Source: Chloropicon primus
Taxonomy: Eukaryota
Assembly: GCA_023205875.1 (NCBI GenBank)
Contig: CP060760.1
Coordinates: forward strand, 682,001 to 746,000
Direction of reading: 5' to 3'
Length of the DNA stretch: 64,000 nucleotides
Shown here: piece after piece, positions 1-13,400 of the stretch
Numbering within the stretch: position 1 is the first letter of the stretch
How the letters are laid out: the number at the start of each line of letters is the position of its first letter
Translations under genes and position numbers: made by a program
The notes under the pieces: model-generated
Database searches by the model: none
Told to the model about the DNA's origin: nothing
Seen by the model: the letters and a program-made list of their open reading frames with translations, nothing else

Positions 1-189
1 GGCAACACCAGAGTGAGGCGAGAGGGGTCACTTTGGGCGGGGATCTCGGCTCGCCCATCGGGTGGAGCGAATCAAATCAAGTCGAGACGAGACGAGTGTC
101 CTTTCGCTTGGTTCGGTTTTGTGTGCTCAAAGGAACCCAAGGGTGGTGAGCCTTCTTCCTCTGTTGATGGGGCGACGACGGCCTGGGTA

Positions 190-3100
190 ATGCGAGGGAT
201 GACGACGACGATGATGACGATGATGACGTCCCGGTGCCAGGTGGTTGGCGCGGGGAGGGGGGACGTCTCTCGTTGGGGGTTCTGCTCGAGGGCGGACCAC
301 TGGCAGAGTCGGAGACCTTCTCGGCCCGGGGTGTTGGACCTGTCGCCACCGGTGGCATCCTCGTCGGCGTCCAGGGGGAGGTCTGGACACCACGATAACC
401 TTGCGTCCGGGGCGTACAGAAAGTACACGACGACGGCGGGAGGGTCGCAACAACGCTCCCCTCCTTCGGCGGGCCTCGACATCGAGACGGCGGTCGAGAG
501 CTTGCGGTACTGGAACGACCTGATCAACAAAATTGACAGGCCAACCGCCCGTATGATGCTATCGAAGATTGACAGAGAGAACTTGACCGGCGTGGACACC
601 ACGCTCAAGGGGGTGAGCACCAGCAAGAACTCCCTGTACCAGTTTCTGTTGGACGTCAAGGTCGAGCACCCGACCAAAGTGGTCCTCATAAGGGTTGGGG
701 AGTTCTACGAGACTTGGGGGTTCGACGCCGTCCTGCTCGTGGAGCACTGCGGCCTGAACCCCATGGGGTACAGGCTGCCAAGGGCCGGGTGCCCCCGGAT
801 GAACATTCAGAGGACCCTGGACGACTTGACCGCCAAGGGGCTGAGGTGCGTGGTGTGCGAGGAAGCTCCGATGCCTTACTCGTATGGGGCGAGATCCAAG
901 AGGAAGACGAGGTTCGTGGCTCAGGTCGTGACGCCCCACTCGCCGATCTACGTGTACAACCTCAGTAGCAACCATGGCCTGTCCCCGGACTTCAACTTTC
1001 AGGCGCCACCGGTGGTGGGCATCGAGCAAAGGAAGCAGGACGCGTTCACCGTAATGCTCATGGATGTCGACCTGAGGCAGTTCACGACGTACCACGATGT
1101 GAACGAGGAGATCGCGGCTCACATTATCTCGAGCAACGGCTTCTCTCCCCCCGTGTACTGCCACGAGTCGTATCTTGGCTCTCCGGACAGCGGCCCGCAC
1201 GGGCAGAAGATCCACTCCATCATTCAGGACTCCCTCAAGGTCAGGGTTCGGGGCGGGCCCTTCAAGCACAAGTTCGTGGAGTCCGTTAAGCAGGACTTGG
1301 GCCTGGGGCAGGACTCAGAGTTCATGGAGAGCAGCAGCAGCACGGAGAGCAAGAGGCCCTTCCCCTTGTACAACATGACAGCCAAGAGCATCGGCCTTGC
1401 CACGGAGGCGTCCAACTCCAACATTCCCTCCCTGGTTTCTGCTGTGCTCCCAAAGGACGCGCCAGCTGCATCCAAGCACTTCCTGGCCCGCTACCTCATG
1501 CATCCGCCGCCTCCGAGCGTGGCCGAGTCCGTGCAGAAGTCCCTCCAACGGATCTCGCAGGTCACGCGGGCTCTGCCCCTGCTGCCCATCTTGCCGGCGC
1601 ACAAGATCGCAAAGATGATCCATTCCAAGGAAGCCAACCACTCGGTCTACGTGGACCTGTTGGCCATGCTCAAGGGCATTCAGGACATCTTCGAGTCCAG
1701 CGAGCTGGAGGAAGCCTTGTTTCCCCTGACAGCGGTGGCGGCCATGAGCACGGGGAAGAAGTTCAAAACCAGCGAGATTCGAGACGTGTGCGACGAGGTC
1801 ATCGAGGAAATAGAAAAGGTCGTCAACACAGCCGAGTACCAGGAGCTGATGAGCTCCGTGCTCGACACGGTCGCGGATGGGGAGGAGGAAGGCGACGGGG
1901 GTGATGATGCAGCGGGCGAGGAGCTCCCCCTCGCTGGAAGCAGTAGGAGTGGGGATCAGGCTGCCGAGTCCCTTGTCTACGCCAACGAGAAGAGCGTCCG
2001 CATCATCCTTGCGTCCTGCATCGAGAAGGAGCTCAAGCTCCTCGAAGAGGCGAGGAGCAGGGTGAAAGATGCCATACAGGGGGATTTGGAGCCTGCTCTC
2101 GAGGCCCTGCTCAATGAGAGCAGAGTGACTGTTGCTCAGTCGAGGGCCGTGCCAAGGATATCCTTTGACGCGGTGAACAACAGCGTGTCGATCCGAGGCG
2201 CGGGGAGTCAGCGCACACAATGGGCAAAGGAATTCGGATTGACTCATCCCAAGGACAGAAATGGTTCCCGCCTCGCGGACCGTTTCTCGACCGAGCGCGT
2301 AGAGGAGGCCCTCGACGAGTACAGGTTCCTGTGCCACGAGCTGGACCTGGCTGTCAAGCAGGCTCTCAAGGACTTGGCTGGCAGGATCTCCCCGTTCGTG
2401 ACGCAGGTGGTGTACCTCTCGCACCTCGCTCTGGTGTCGAAATCGTTCTGGCTGCATGCCACGGAGGCGGCCAGGAAGGGCTGGGCACTGCCCACCCTCG
2501 TCCAAGGGGGTGACGAGGGAGAGAGGACTCTCAGGCTCGACAACTTCTGGCCGTTTTGGATGGACTCCTCTGGTGATGAAACAGTGAAGAATTCCATCCT
2601 GATGGACAAGCTGACACTGCTGACGGGGCCGAATATGGCAGGCAAGTCCACCATCATCAGGAGCGTCTGTTCCACCAGTCTGCTGGGGAACTGCGGGCTC
2701 TACGCCCCCTGCGACTCCAGCTCGCGCGTCCCCCACTTTGATGCTTACATCCTTCGGTCGGCGGAGAGCGCGGATTCCCCTGCAGAGGGCCTGAGCACCT
2801 TTGCTGTGGAGATGTCGGACGCGAGAGCAATCGTTAGGGACGCCACGGATAGGTCCCTGGTGTTCGTGGACGAGCTTTGCAAGGGCACGGAGGCGAGGGC
2901 CGGGGCTTGCATTGCTGCTGCGACGGTGGAGCACCTGTCTTCTCAGACGAGGTGCCTCGGGCTCTTTGCCACCCATCTGCACGACATGCTCAAGCTCCCA
3001 CTGGATTCCTCGAACTTGGACTTTATGAAGATGGAGACCAAGGTCCAGGAGGGCGAGCAGACGTGGAAGAGGGAGACGACCTGGAAGGTTGTTGAGGGCG

Positions 3101-3642
3101 TGTGCACGGAGAGCTTGGCGTATCAGGTGGCCGAAAAGTATGGGGTGCCCAAGGGGATTGTCGAGAGAGCATGGGAGCTCCAGGCACTGGGCGAGGAGGT
3201 GGAGGAGGTGGGGGACAAGGAGGACAAGGAGGACGAGGAGCGGAAGGGCAGGGGGAAGTGGGAAGGTGGAGCCAGAGATTTTGCTACGGGAGTTGAAATC
3301 TTGAAAACCATCACGAACGAGGCCCTGGGGCTGGAGAGGGACGCCATAGTCCTCGGGAGGGGCCAAGCGCCTCCGCCCATGGCCATGGGGAGCTCCTGCG
3401 TCTACTTTTATCGGCTCGCCAACGACGTGTTTTACGTTGGGGAGACCGATGACATAATGCAGCGCTTTACAACGTGGGAGTCCAAGCACAACAGCAACGG
3501 CAACGGCAACCTCATGACTGACTTTGCCTTCGTCGTGCTCCCGCGGGGAGCGGGAGGCAAGTCGACTGCGCGGGAGCTGGAGACGAAAACAATCAGGACG
3601 CTGGCCAACGCGGGGTACAACTTGATGAACGAAGTGTATTAA
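190..3642 (+). CDS. MSH1: Plant-type MutS homolog 1 (organellar DNA recombination surveillance) with C-terminal GIY-YIG domain
   Basis: Mismatch-binding RVGEFYE/GFDAVLLVEHCGLNPMG/PRAGCP; ATPase LTGPNMAGKST, STFAVEM, VDELCKG, FATHLH; C-terminal GIY-YIG-like CVYFYR...FYVGETDD..R. First in-frame ATG is at 190, followed by an S/R/T-rich transit-like leader. Confidence 0.95.
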   Translation: MRGMTTTMMTMMTSRCQVVGAGRGDVSRWGFCSRADHWQSRRPSRPGVLDLSPPVASSSASRGRSGHHDNLASGAYRKYTTTAGGSQQRSPPSAGLDIETAVESLRYWNDLINKIDRPTARMMLSKIDRENLTGVDTTLKGVSTSKNSLYQFLLDVKVEHPTKVVLIRVGEFYETWGFDAVLLVEHCGLNPMGYRLPRAGCPRMNIQRTLDDLTAKGLRCVVCEEAPMPYSYGARSKRKTRFVAQVVTPHSPIYVYNLSSNHGLSPDFNFQAPPVVGIEQRKQDAFTVMLMDVDLRQFTTYHDVNEEIAAHIISSNGFSPPVYCHESYLGSPDSGPHGQKIHSIIQDSLKVRVRGGPFKHKFVESVKQDLGLGQDSEFMESSSSTESKRPFPLYNMTAKSIGLATEASNSNIPSLVSAVLPKDAPAASKHFLARYLMHPPPPSVAESVQKSLQRISQVTRALPLLPILPAHKIAKMIHSKEANHSVYVDLLAMLKGIQDIFESSELEEALFPLTAVAAMSTGKKFKTSEIRDVCDEVIEEIEKVVNTAEYQELMSSVLDTVADGEEEGDGGDDAAGEELPLAGSSRSGDQAAESLVYANEKSVRIILASCIEKELKLLEEARSRVKDAIQGDLEPALEALLNESRVTVAQSRAVPRISFDAVNNSVSIRGAGSQRTQWAKEFGLTHPKDRNGSRLADRFSTERVEEALDEYRFLCHELDLAVKQALKDLAGRISPFVTQVVYLSHLALVSKSFWLHATEAARKGWALPTLVQGGDEGERTLRLDNFWPFWMDSSGDETVKNSILMDKLTLLTGPNMAGKSTIIRSVCSTSLLGNCGLYAPCDSSSRVPHFDAYILRSAESADSPAEGLSTFAVEMSDARAIVRDATDRSLVFVDELCKGTEARAGACIAAATVEHLSSQTRCLGLFATHLHDMLKLPLDSSNLDFMKMETKVQEGEQTWKRETTWKVVEGVCTESLAYQVAEKYGVPKGIVERAWELQALGEEVEEVGDKEDKEDEERKGRGKWEGGARDFATGVEILKTITNEALGLERDAIVLGRGQAPPPMAMGSSCVYFYRLANDVFYVGETDDIMQRFTTWESKHNSNGNGNLMTDFAFVVLPRGAGGKSTARELETKTIRTLANAGYNLMNEVY

Positions 3643-3911
3643 TCGATTTTGTAGATGAATCGAATTGGATAGGCAAGCTCCTGTTCCACTCACATCACAG
3701 CAGTCCAACCAAAACGGAGGGAGGGGAGCTCAGCTCAACACGGCCCCCTCGTGGGTGTTGGAGAACCAACAGAACAGACTCCAGTCCAAGTCCAGACCAA
3801 GGTATAGAGGTGACTGGAGCAAGGGATCTGGTGGTGGCCTGGTCAGAGGAGCAGTCCTGTGGACGGACACCACACAGAACGCAAGTTTTCCCAATAGATA
3901 GAGAATACAAT

Positions 3912-4303
3912 TTACATGTTTTGGCCCTTCGTTTTGGTCTTGCTTTCCTTGGGTTCTATGTTCGCGATGATGCCCACCGAGACCAGAAGGAGGGCCGAGC
4001 CGAACATCGCCATCGACCTCGACCCCTTGGCATACAACTCGAAGTTCACCGCCCTGCGCCACGGGGAGAACGAGAACGAGAACGAGAACGAGAGGGGAGG
4101 AGGCCACACAAACAACTCAGGAACTCGTGGTGAGTTTTTCGATCGATACGATGTCGTTGTTGTTGGTTTTCGTTTCGTGGAGAGGCGAAGGGCGTCGTGG
4201 CGGTCGCAGGCCACGCAGTGACTTACCGAAAGAAGGAGGAACCCCCTCTGAAAAAGGCTCCTTCCACCTGCTCCGCCCCGGGCTTGGGAGCCTTGCCCTC
4301 CAT
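3912..4303 (-). CDS. SMIM8/DUF4500-like small membrane protein, 2 exons (4303-4227, 4053-3912)
   Basis: Intron 4226-4054 with GTAAGT donor and CAG acceptor. Spliced product MEGKAPKPGAEQVEGAFFRGGSSFFRAVNFELYAKGSRSMAMFGSALLLVSVGIIANIEPKESKTKTKGQNM resembles the SMIM8 signature (FRAVNPELFIKP..VMAFG plus a TM helix). TGTAA overlaps the stop. Confidence 0.75.
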
Positions 4304-4490
4304 TGTGATCGCGCGTCTCTCCGTCTCTTGAGAATCTGATTCTGATTCTGGAGGGCAGGGGATGGACCTTGGGCTTTGGGTGGTCTCTATGGGGTGGTTG
4401 GATGAAATAATGTGGTGTTTTTTTAATTACAAAGAGGTTTATTTCTTCTTCTTCTAAGGTTTTTCCTTCTTCAATCTTCATCCTCTTCTT

Positions 4491-7400
4491 CTAGTCCGTG
4501 GTGAACAGGAGAGCCACGCCACGCATGATCCACTTGGTGCTTGGGTCCTCCGTGGCCAAGCCGAGGGTGGTGATGAAGGTGGCTCCAGTTCTCCTCTTCG
4601 ACCTGTAGACGGGCGCCTCGTAGATCCCGTCGCTCTTCTTGTCCTTGGCAAGGCAGCCCGTGATGTAAATCACGGGCAGAGGAGCAAAGAGCTTCTTAGG
4701 CTCGCTGTCCACGAGCCTGTTCTCCTTGCCGCTCCACTGGCACCCATCGAGGAACAAGCCGTACACGTAGACTCCCTCGGATGGGCCTTCCCTGAGCGCC
4801 TCGAACTCCTTCGGTGGGTGGGTCACCTCAGAAGTCGCGACGACGTCGTCCAGAGCCCAGTTCTCGCTCGCGTGCTTCCTTCCAACCTCCTGCTTCATAG
4901 CGGTGAGGAATCCTTGCGGGTTGAAGAAGCCACTCAACCAGTACGCCTTTGGCCTGCCGTTGTTGAGCCACTTGAAGAGCTGGTCGTGCCTCTGAAGGAG
5001 TCCAGTAAACCAGGACCCCAAGGTCAGGGCCTCCCAAGACTTCTTGAGCCAGAAGTCTGGAACCTTGGCGTTGAAAAGGTCGTCGAGGGCCGAGATGAGG
5101 TTGCCGCTGAGCGCGATGGTTCCCGCGATCGCGAGCCTCAAGTTCTTCAGCGTCTTGGAAGTCAAAGTAATGGTGGTGTTCAAGCAGTCGATCTCCTGCC
5201 TGAGGCAGATGATCAGAGGCTGGGTTGGCCCCAGCTTCTTCAGCTTGTCCTTGGTATCGGTTCCCTTGAAGAACGCAGGGACCTTCGTGATGAGGTCCTC
5301 GGCGATCTTGTCGACCTGCTCCTCCCTGGTGAGGCCTCCCGAGGCACCCCCAGACTTGGGCATGGTGTTCAAGATCGTCTCCACGATCTCGTTTACCTGG
5401 ATGACCCTGAAGGAGAGGTCGGCGTTGCTGTGCAGGCCAAAAATTTCGGGCGAGTCCGTCGAGGGGAGCTGCTCAATGCCCTGCCTCACAATCTGGATCT
5501 CGTTCGAGGACGAGATCTTGTACCCTGGGAAGAACTCCATGTTGGGGTCCATGGAAGCGGCGGCAAAGTACTTGTCGGCGTACGTGTCCATGAGAAGCTG
5601 ATCGAAGTTGTCTGTGATCTTTCCTCCGTACTGAATGATGGAGACCATGTAGCGGATCGTCGCCCAGTTAGGACCAGCCTTCTTGACGTCCATCTCCGTC
5701 ACGTGGTTCTGCAAGAACAGGGTACACGCCGAGATGTCCGCCTGGTTGAACTCGTAAGGGATGTTCCAGCCAATAGGCCCGAACTTCCTCCTCTCCTGAA
5801 CCACGGAATGCAAGAAGCACAAGATGCTCAGGAGCTGCCTCCACTCGACCCTGGTGTTGGCGTCAAGCATGTCCTGGGTGATCCAAGCGTAAGAGTTGCG
5901 AAGACCGGCCTTGAGCCCGACAGGGGCCTCGTTTGTGATCTTGATTCCCATCTGCAACAATCCCAGTGGGAACTGAGGATGGGGCTCCGCCGTGATGTAG
6001 AGCCTGAAGTTCTCGTGGAACTGCTGCTCCTGGTTGAGCAAGAGCATCTCCACCTCGTGCAGGTAGCTCAGACCCAAGTGGGTGTTCTGCAAGATCACCC
6101 AGTGTCCCTCCTGGGCGGCGGTGGAGATGTACTTCCTCGCGATCACCTCCTGGCCCTGTCCCATGGAAACGCCGAGCGTCTGCACCTTCATCTTCTTGGC
6201 GAGCTCGTCGATGATTCCAGTCGGATCAGAGCCGCGACTGAGCAGGAAGATCATTGGGCACCTCGGGTTCGACTCCTCCCAGGCCTCGCGGAGGTCCAGG
6301 GGAATACTCTCGATGAAACGAGGTCCAAGGGCTTCCTTGATGTACTCCTTGCCCGTCTGAAGGGTCCTGTCCTCCCTGAGAGCCTTGATCAAGCACATCT
6401 TCTCGAACTTGTTGATGTTGTCCTCGAGGTTGTCCGGAACCTTGGCCGTCTCTGGGGCCTCCATGTCGTACCACTGGTGCCAAAGGTTGTCGTTCTTCGC
6501 GATGCTGTCTGGCAGATCGCGGAAGGCGTCGAGCGAGGAAAGGGCAATCACGTTGAGCCACGCGTTGTCCGGGATCCAGTCCTTTGGCTTCTTCTTCACA
6601 GACGTGATGTCCAAGCTTCCTCCTCCCTTGAGGAAGATGTCCAAGCCCTCGGCGCTGACCTCGCCGTCGGAGATCAAAATCTTGTTCGTGAGCATGAGCG
6701 AGAACGTCAGCTTGTGCTTCTCGAACAGCCCCCTCTGGACGTATCTGTACATCATGTAGGTCATGTAAGAGATGATGTTGGTGATCCTCTTCTTCGTCAA
6801 GGCCGCCTTCTCCGACAAGTCGATCGCTTTGAGGTACAGCTCCTTGAACTGCGCGAGAGAGATCTGGTACATCACGTTCACCACCGAGAACTCGGAGATG
6901 AGGAAGTAGATGATGGTCGCCCTGTGGGCCACGGCTCTGTACTCCTCACAAGCTTCCGTGATCCTCTGGTTTGTCTCATTGGCGTCCGTGAGCTTCTCGG
7001 CCACCTCCGCGGACGTAGCCTTGGTGTTTGCCAACACCTTGACAAGCTCGGTGTCGTCCAGCAAGTTTCCTGTACTGTTGCTCAGCCTGTAAAGCAGCTC
7101 GTTCTCAAGCTGCTTGATCTTCTTCTTGTAGAAGTTGACGTCCTCCAAAAGCTTCTGGCGCTGCTCCTGCAGAGAACCCTTCTCCTTCTGGACCAGGGTA
7201 CCGAGGAGCTGGTCCTCGAGACCGGTCGCAGTGACCGTGAAGTCAATCAGGGACACCTTGGCGCTCAGCTCCGGGCTGTACTGCACGTTAGACAAGCGCG
7301 TGGTGAACATGATCTGGAAGGTATCGGTGTAGTCCACCTCCTTGTCGGGAAGGACCACCTTCATGCTCTTTCCAGTCTTCACGAACTGCTTCTCGAGGAT

Positions 7401-10400
7401 AGGATCGAGCACCGGGTCGAGCTCCTCCTCAATGTTCTCGATGAGAAGAGGCTTTCCGAAGGACAGGCACTCCTCCAGGTAAAGCCTGAAGCCCTTGTGA
7501 GTCAAAGTGGTGGTCTTCAACTGGTTCTTGATGTTCCTGTTGGTCAGCCACGACTTTCCTTGTCCCTGAGGATCGATCAGGAGTGGGTACCTGGTGGCCC
7601 TCGTCACGATGAGGGCGTTCTGAATACTGAGATCGTCCACAGGCAGTCCCTGCAAGTTCCACTCACCGATTTCAGACTCGTCCGTCAAGAAGTCGGTGAT
7701 GCTGAGCGACTCCGTGACCGGAATCGCCTCGGTCTGGCAGTCCTTCTCGAAGACGTCCTTCAAGAGCATCTCACGGTACTCCTTGTTGAAGGGTCCGAGG
7801 TAGGACAAGAAGGCACTCGCGATGGCGCTGTCGCCAACCAGCTTCGTTGTCTGGGCGGCAAACTCCTTGCTCTGCTCGGTCCAACGGGCCTCCTCTCCGC
7901 TCAAGGCTCCAAGGAGCGCGTTGGCCGCGTCCATCTTTCTCTGGTACGAAGTGGCCTCGTCAGTGAGCCTCTGCTTGTTGGCCATCGCCTCGTCGAACGT
8001 CTTTTGCATGGCGTCCAACTTCTCCTGGACAACTCTGGCGTTCTCCTCGGCCACGGCCTTCTCCTTGTTCGCGATTTTGAGCTCCGCCTCAGCAGCCCTC
8101 AAGGCGTCGATCTTTGGCGTGACGACCTTGGCCACGTGGTGGTACGTGATCATAGCCTGAGCCCAGCTGCAGAGTCCAGCGACGTTACCCGAAGCCTTCT
8201 TGGCGGCATCGTAGTTAAAGTCAGGGGCCTGGACGTAGGGCTGCAGGAGCTCCACGTCCTCGTCAGTCATGAACTCCTTGGGGAAGTTCATCAAAGAGCC
8301 GAGGAACCCGAGATCGCTCATCATCTTCAAAGAAGTCTCGTAAGATCCGTCAATGATCTTTCCGTTCTTGCCGTCCACCCAGTTGACTGCCTTGAGTGGG
8401 AAGCGACGGAGAACGATCACGCAGTCGAAGATGCGCTTGACGATATCTGGGGGCTTCTTCAAGGCCTTCAAGGCACCGATGTCCTTTGGCGAGATGGAGT
8501 TGAGTGCGTCAAGGGCAGCGTCAAGGGCTGGCTTGGCAGCCGCAAGGTCGCGCTCGGCCTCCGTCTTGACCACGTTGATCTCCGCGGCCTTCTTCGACAC
8601 GGAGTCCATGATCTTCTGCACCTTCTTCTTCTCCTTCTCCGCGACCGCAGTGCTCTCCGAGATTTCACTCAAGAGCCTGACCGACTCCTTCTGGGCCACC
8701 TCAAGCTCCTGGTTCTTGATGATGATCTCGTTCCTCATCTTGCTAATGTCTTGCTTGGCCTCATCCAGCTTCTCAAGGCCACCGTTGACCTTGTTGGCAA
8801 GTTCCATGACCTCCTCGTGTTTAGTACTGTACAATTGCTTGTAACCAGCGATGAAGCTCAAGTAACTCTTTGGCGTGACGTATCTCCTCTTGCGGAACTT
8901 GCTGTAGTAAGTCTCGCACGCGTCGGAGACGGACGTGTGAACCTTGCCCATCATGATGATCAGCTTCTCCTTCACCTCCTCAGAGCATTCAACCTTGAAT
9001 TCCTTGAGGAACTTGGAGGAGACGGCGGTCAGGGCCTCGACTGGCCAGGGGAGGAACCAGTCGATCGTGCAGCCGTTGATAAGTCCAGGGAACTGCAGCG
9101 CCCTCTGGGAGAACTTTGGTCCCACTGGGGAGAAGCACAAGCACGTGTGGAGGTTCGCCCTGACCCTGTCGAAGAAGAACTTGCTCAAGTTCTCCTGAGT
9201 GTCGACGATGGAAGGAGCTTCCTTCTTCATCACCGCCCTAATGTCTCCCAAGATCGAGTCCAGCTCGTCCTTGGGGAAGAGCCCGGAGATCTCTCCGGTC
9301 ATCAAGAGCTGGTTGATGTACTCCAAGAAGGCCTCCTCCTTGATGTCCGCATCCGTGAAAATGAAACAGACCTTGTTGCCCTTCAGGCCAGCGATCCTGT
9401 ACAACTCCTTGATGTCCTCCAAGAAGTTGGTCAGGTTGTACTGCTTGGTGAGGGTGACTTGGAACGTGTAGGCCCCGGTCGCAAAGGCCGCGAGGCGGGT
9501 GAGGGACTGCTTGCCAGAACCCCCGATTCCAACCAAGAGGGCGTTGCCCCCGTCAGTGGCGAGAAGCCTGGCGATTCTCATCAAGTGAAGAAGCGCGTCT
9601 TCGAAAAGCACCAGGTCCACCTTGGCGGCCTTGGTCGACTCGTTCTTCTTCTGCTGCAGGGCGTAGCCCCTTTCCCTCATCTCCTCGATGCCACCAGAGA
9701 GCGACTCGTAGTTGCTTGGGAACTCCTCCAAGACATCTCCTGTCTCGTCGTCAATGATTGGCTCCCTCAAGAAGTCCACAAAGTACACCGGCTCCTCGAG
9801 CTGGCCAACGGCCTCCTTGAAGTTCGTCTCCAGGAGAGACTTCAAGCAGCTCGTCACGAAGTCCTTCTCGGACTGGTCTACCAACTTATCGGAGAAGACC
9901 CTCTGGCACTCGTGCTGCCACAAGGCCAGCAGGTAGCCCAAGCTGTCCGAGACTTTGCCCCCGGAGGGCTTGAGGTTCTCGCTGCCGGCGGAAGCCTGGT
10001 TAAACCTGTCCCTGTTCGCGAACACCATTCCTTGGAACACCTTGGACAACTCACGCATGTTGAAAAGGTAGTGGAACTTCGCTGGCGTGGGAAGCATCTT
10101 GGCCTTGATGTCGTTCCACAACGAGATCGTCATGGGGACGAGCTTCTTGCTGCCCTCCACGACGTCAGAAGCGAAGTGGTCCGCAGAGAACCTTCCCTCG
10201 ACGATGTTGCCAAAAATGTTGTTGATGGCCGCGGTGGAGGGCTCCGGCACGTTGAAGATGCAGAAATGCCTCTTCAGCCTGTTCGGAATGTCGTTCTTTC
10301 CGCCACCCGGCTGGTTCATCGCACCGAGGAAGTGGGAGTCCACATAGTACTTCATGTCTCCGATAGGCTTCTCTATGTTGTACATTGCCTTCTGCTCGAG

Positions 10401-13400
10401 GAGCTGGCGGACAATCTCGTTTGTGATCTGATCACCCCACTCGTTGATTTTCGGCATCGAGATGTCGTCAATGAAGACGATCATCTTCTTGCCTCCGGGA
10501 GGACCGTAGATCTTGCCCTGCCTCTTCTCCATGCATCCTTCGATGAAGAACTGGAATATGGAAGGCGTAGTCAGGCTACTCATGGTGACGGTCTTGTTCT
10601 TCACCTCCTCCACTGGGAACTTAGCCATGAACTGGTTCACGGTCACGGTCTTTGCCGTTCCCGGGAGGCCCACCAAAAGGGTCGGTTTGTTCAACTTGTA
10701 ATTGAGATCAAGCAGAGTCTCGAATCGGATGCTATCCAGGGTCGGGATCACGAGCTGTCCGAACTTTGGGTTCTCCTCCTCCGCCGGGTAGGTCCACTCC
10801 GGAAGGATCTTCTCCCAGTGGCTCCACTCGGTGTTCTCCTCGTTGACGTAGTACTCGTAGAGGGTCTCGGAGTCCTCACCCTTTGGGGGCAAGTTGTCGC
10901 TGAGTCCCCTGAGCATGGCGTCAAGACCGTGCCTCTGCTTCTCGTCGAGGAGGCCGCCAAGGGACCACGCCAGGCAGTACAAGAACACCCTCTCGTAGTG
11001 TCCCTCGGAGAGAATCTCGTTGTCCTCCTCCACCTTCTTCAAGGACGCCGCCAAGAGATCCAAAAGGGTCTGCAGCTGGCAAATCGTCTCGTTGTGCATG
11101 ACCTGCTTCGCGTTCAGCCTCAAGTGCTCGAAGGTCTCCGACACGTACTTTGTGAAGCAGGGCCTCAGGGCCTCGACCTCAGCCTTGCGGCGAAGATCGA
11201 GCCAGGACTCCACGATAGGCTCCCAGCCAAGCTCGGTGTCGGACACGTAAATGATACCGGCACGACTCACGGTGGCAGGGGAAGCGTTGTTCAAGTTCTC
11301 TGGCTCGAAGACTGCCTTCATGGTGTCCGTCATCTTGATCCTGTCGCCATTCGCGAGGGTCAAGACCTTGTTGTCGTCCAGAACCGTGTTCAAGTTCTCG
11401 ATCCAGATGGCATCCACCGGACCGTCAAGAACAATCCAAGTGTTCTGACCCTTGCTCTTGGAGGCCCTTCTCCAGAGCACGGCGAAGACTCCGTCAGTCC
11501 AGTCGCCGGACGAGGTATCGAGCCTTCCGAACATCTGTGGGGCGGTGATCGCCTTGGGGTTCATCCTCCAGATCACGTACTTTCCATGCAACATGGAGAG
11601 AGCTTCGGTCAAGCACTCGGTGATCGTCGTCTTGCCCGCTCCCGCTGGCCCGACAAGCATGATTCCGTGCCTCACCAAGTTGGTCTCGTACAGCTGGATG
11701 CACTTGTTCAGCCAAGGCCCGTGCTTCTGAAGACCCTTCCTCTCGGCAACTTCGCAGAGCGCCTTGTGGACGTCAGGGAACTCGGCCCTGGGAGCCTTGA
11801 GCCCGATGAACAGGTCGTCCAAGAGCGACAGGAACAGTGGGACATCCTCGGCAACGAACTTGGACATGTTCATGTCGCGCAAGGTTCTCATCATCAGGAA
11901 GGTCTCGCTCTTGTCAGGGTTGGCCCTCTTCGAGGCTCCAGCAGTTCTCAGGACCGAGAGAATGTTTCTCAGTCCGAAGTCGTAGAACGCCTGCTTGGAA
12001 AGCTGCTGCTCGCACAGACCGTAGAGGACGAAGAACTTCTTGGCAAGCATGTCATTCTCAAGGAATCCGCAACTGGCGAGCTTGACCTTCATGATAATCT
12101 GCCTGTTGGGGACCATCATGGTAACACCACGGAAGAGCGCCTTGAGGTTCTCAGGCAGCTCCTGCCTGCCGGCGTAACCAGGGTTCATCGTGATGAAGTA
12201 ACCCACCCTTGGGTCAAGGCTGACGGTGTTTCCGTCCGTGAAGACAAACTCCTTCTTCCTGTCCCTGATGGCAGACAGCACGCAGTAGACTTGCTGGGCG
12301 CATACACTGAGGACGTCAAGGTTGATCCTGTTGAACTCATCGAAGCAGCCCCACAATCCGCTCTGCGCGAGACCCTTGTAGATCTTGCCGAGACCCATGT
12401 AGTCCATCTGGTCCGAGCAGTTGAAGACCACGACGAACTTTCCGAGCGTCGCGCCAAGATCCTTGGTGGTCTCCGTCTTTCCCGTTCCCGCGGGGCCCGC
12501 GGGGGCTCCTCCGAGGAACATGCCGAGGGCCTGACTCAGGGTAACGTAGCAGATATCCGTCAATGGCGTGATCACAAGCCTCTCCTTGACTCCGAGGTAC
12601 TCGAAACTGTACTCGAAGTCCACGTCGCAGATCGAGGTGAAGACGCTGTTCTGGTCCTCCCTCCACATGAACCTGGCGTTCTTCAGCCACTCGAAGTCCG
12701 AGGGCTCCTTGATCTTCTTCTTGATAAGGTCGTCTGAGGTGTCCCTCTGGTGGACGTAGACCGTGATGCAAGTCTCCAGGTTCTTCCTGGAAAGCTTTGG
12801 CATCTCCTTGGTCGTCAGCAGCACCATCTCCTTCAAGCACCCGTCCACCTTCTTCAAGGTCTTGGACATGATGCTCTTGTCATTCTTCGCGGACATCAAG
12901 CCGGTCTGCATATCGGCAGTCCACTGGAACTGGATTCCCAAAAGGGAGACCTGCGCGGGGTGACCAAAAATGAAGTCCTCGAGCCTCTGCTCGTTGACCT
13001 CGGAGTAGGCACGCTGAATGACGGCCCTGAGGGTCTCCTTCATTCCGTCAACAAGAACTTGGAGCCAGTTCTCCACGTTTCCTTGGACAATGACAGGCTC
13101 CTCGAACTTGACGGACTCCCCGCCAGACTGCATCTCCGTCATGGTGGTCGGGTCCGCGAACGTCACGGAGGACAAGGAATCGAAGAGTCCAGACTGGAAG
13201 TGCGGCTGGACGGCAGTGGGGTTGGACCCAAGACTCAAGATCTCAAGCAGAGTTGGGTCGGACACAAAGTAGAACCTTGGGAACAGGGCCCTCTTGCTCT
13301 CGAGGTACAAGCTCAGACTCTTCTGGCACCTCTCGAGCTGGTCCAAGAGATGCGGAAGGAGGTTCTTGAGGAGCTCGTTGCCACAGCACGTCTGCATGAT

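Noticed and set aside
3395..3642. GIY-YIG nuclease motif suggesting a homing endonuclease or mobile element
   Set aside because: It is the normal C-terminal domain of plant-type MSH1.
3916..4221. 101-aa plus-strand ORF with a hydrophobic N-terminus
   Set aside because: Antisense to the spliced SMIM8-like gene and runs through its GAGAAC-repeat intron.
4818..12737. 2639-aa ORF antisense to dynein, and other long antisense ORFs (1315-3708, 13773-16220, 18955-20397, 40503-43004)
   Set aside because: Shadow frames produced by strong codon bias and repeats in the real gene on the other strand; L/V/G/R-rich composition with no motifs.
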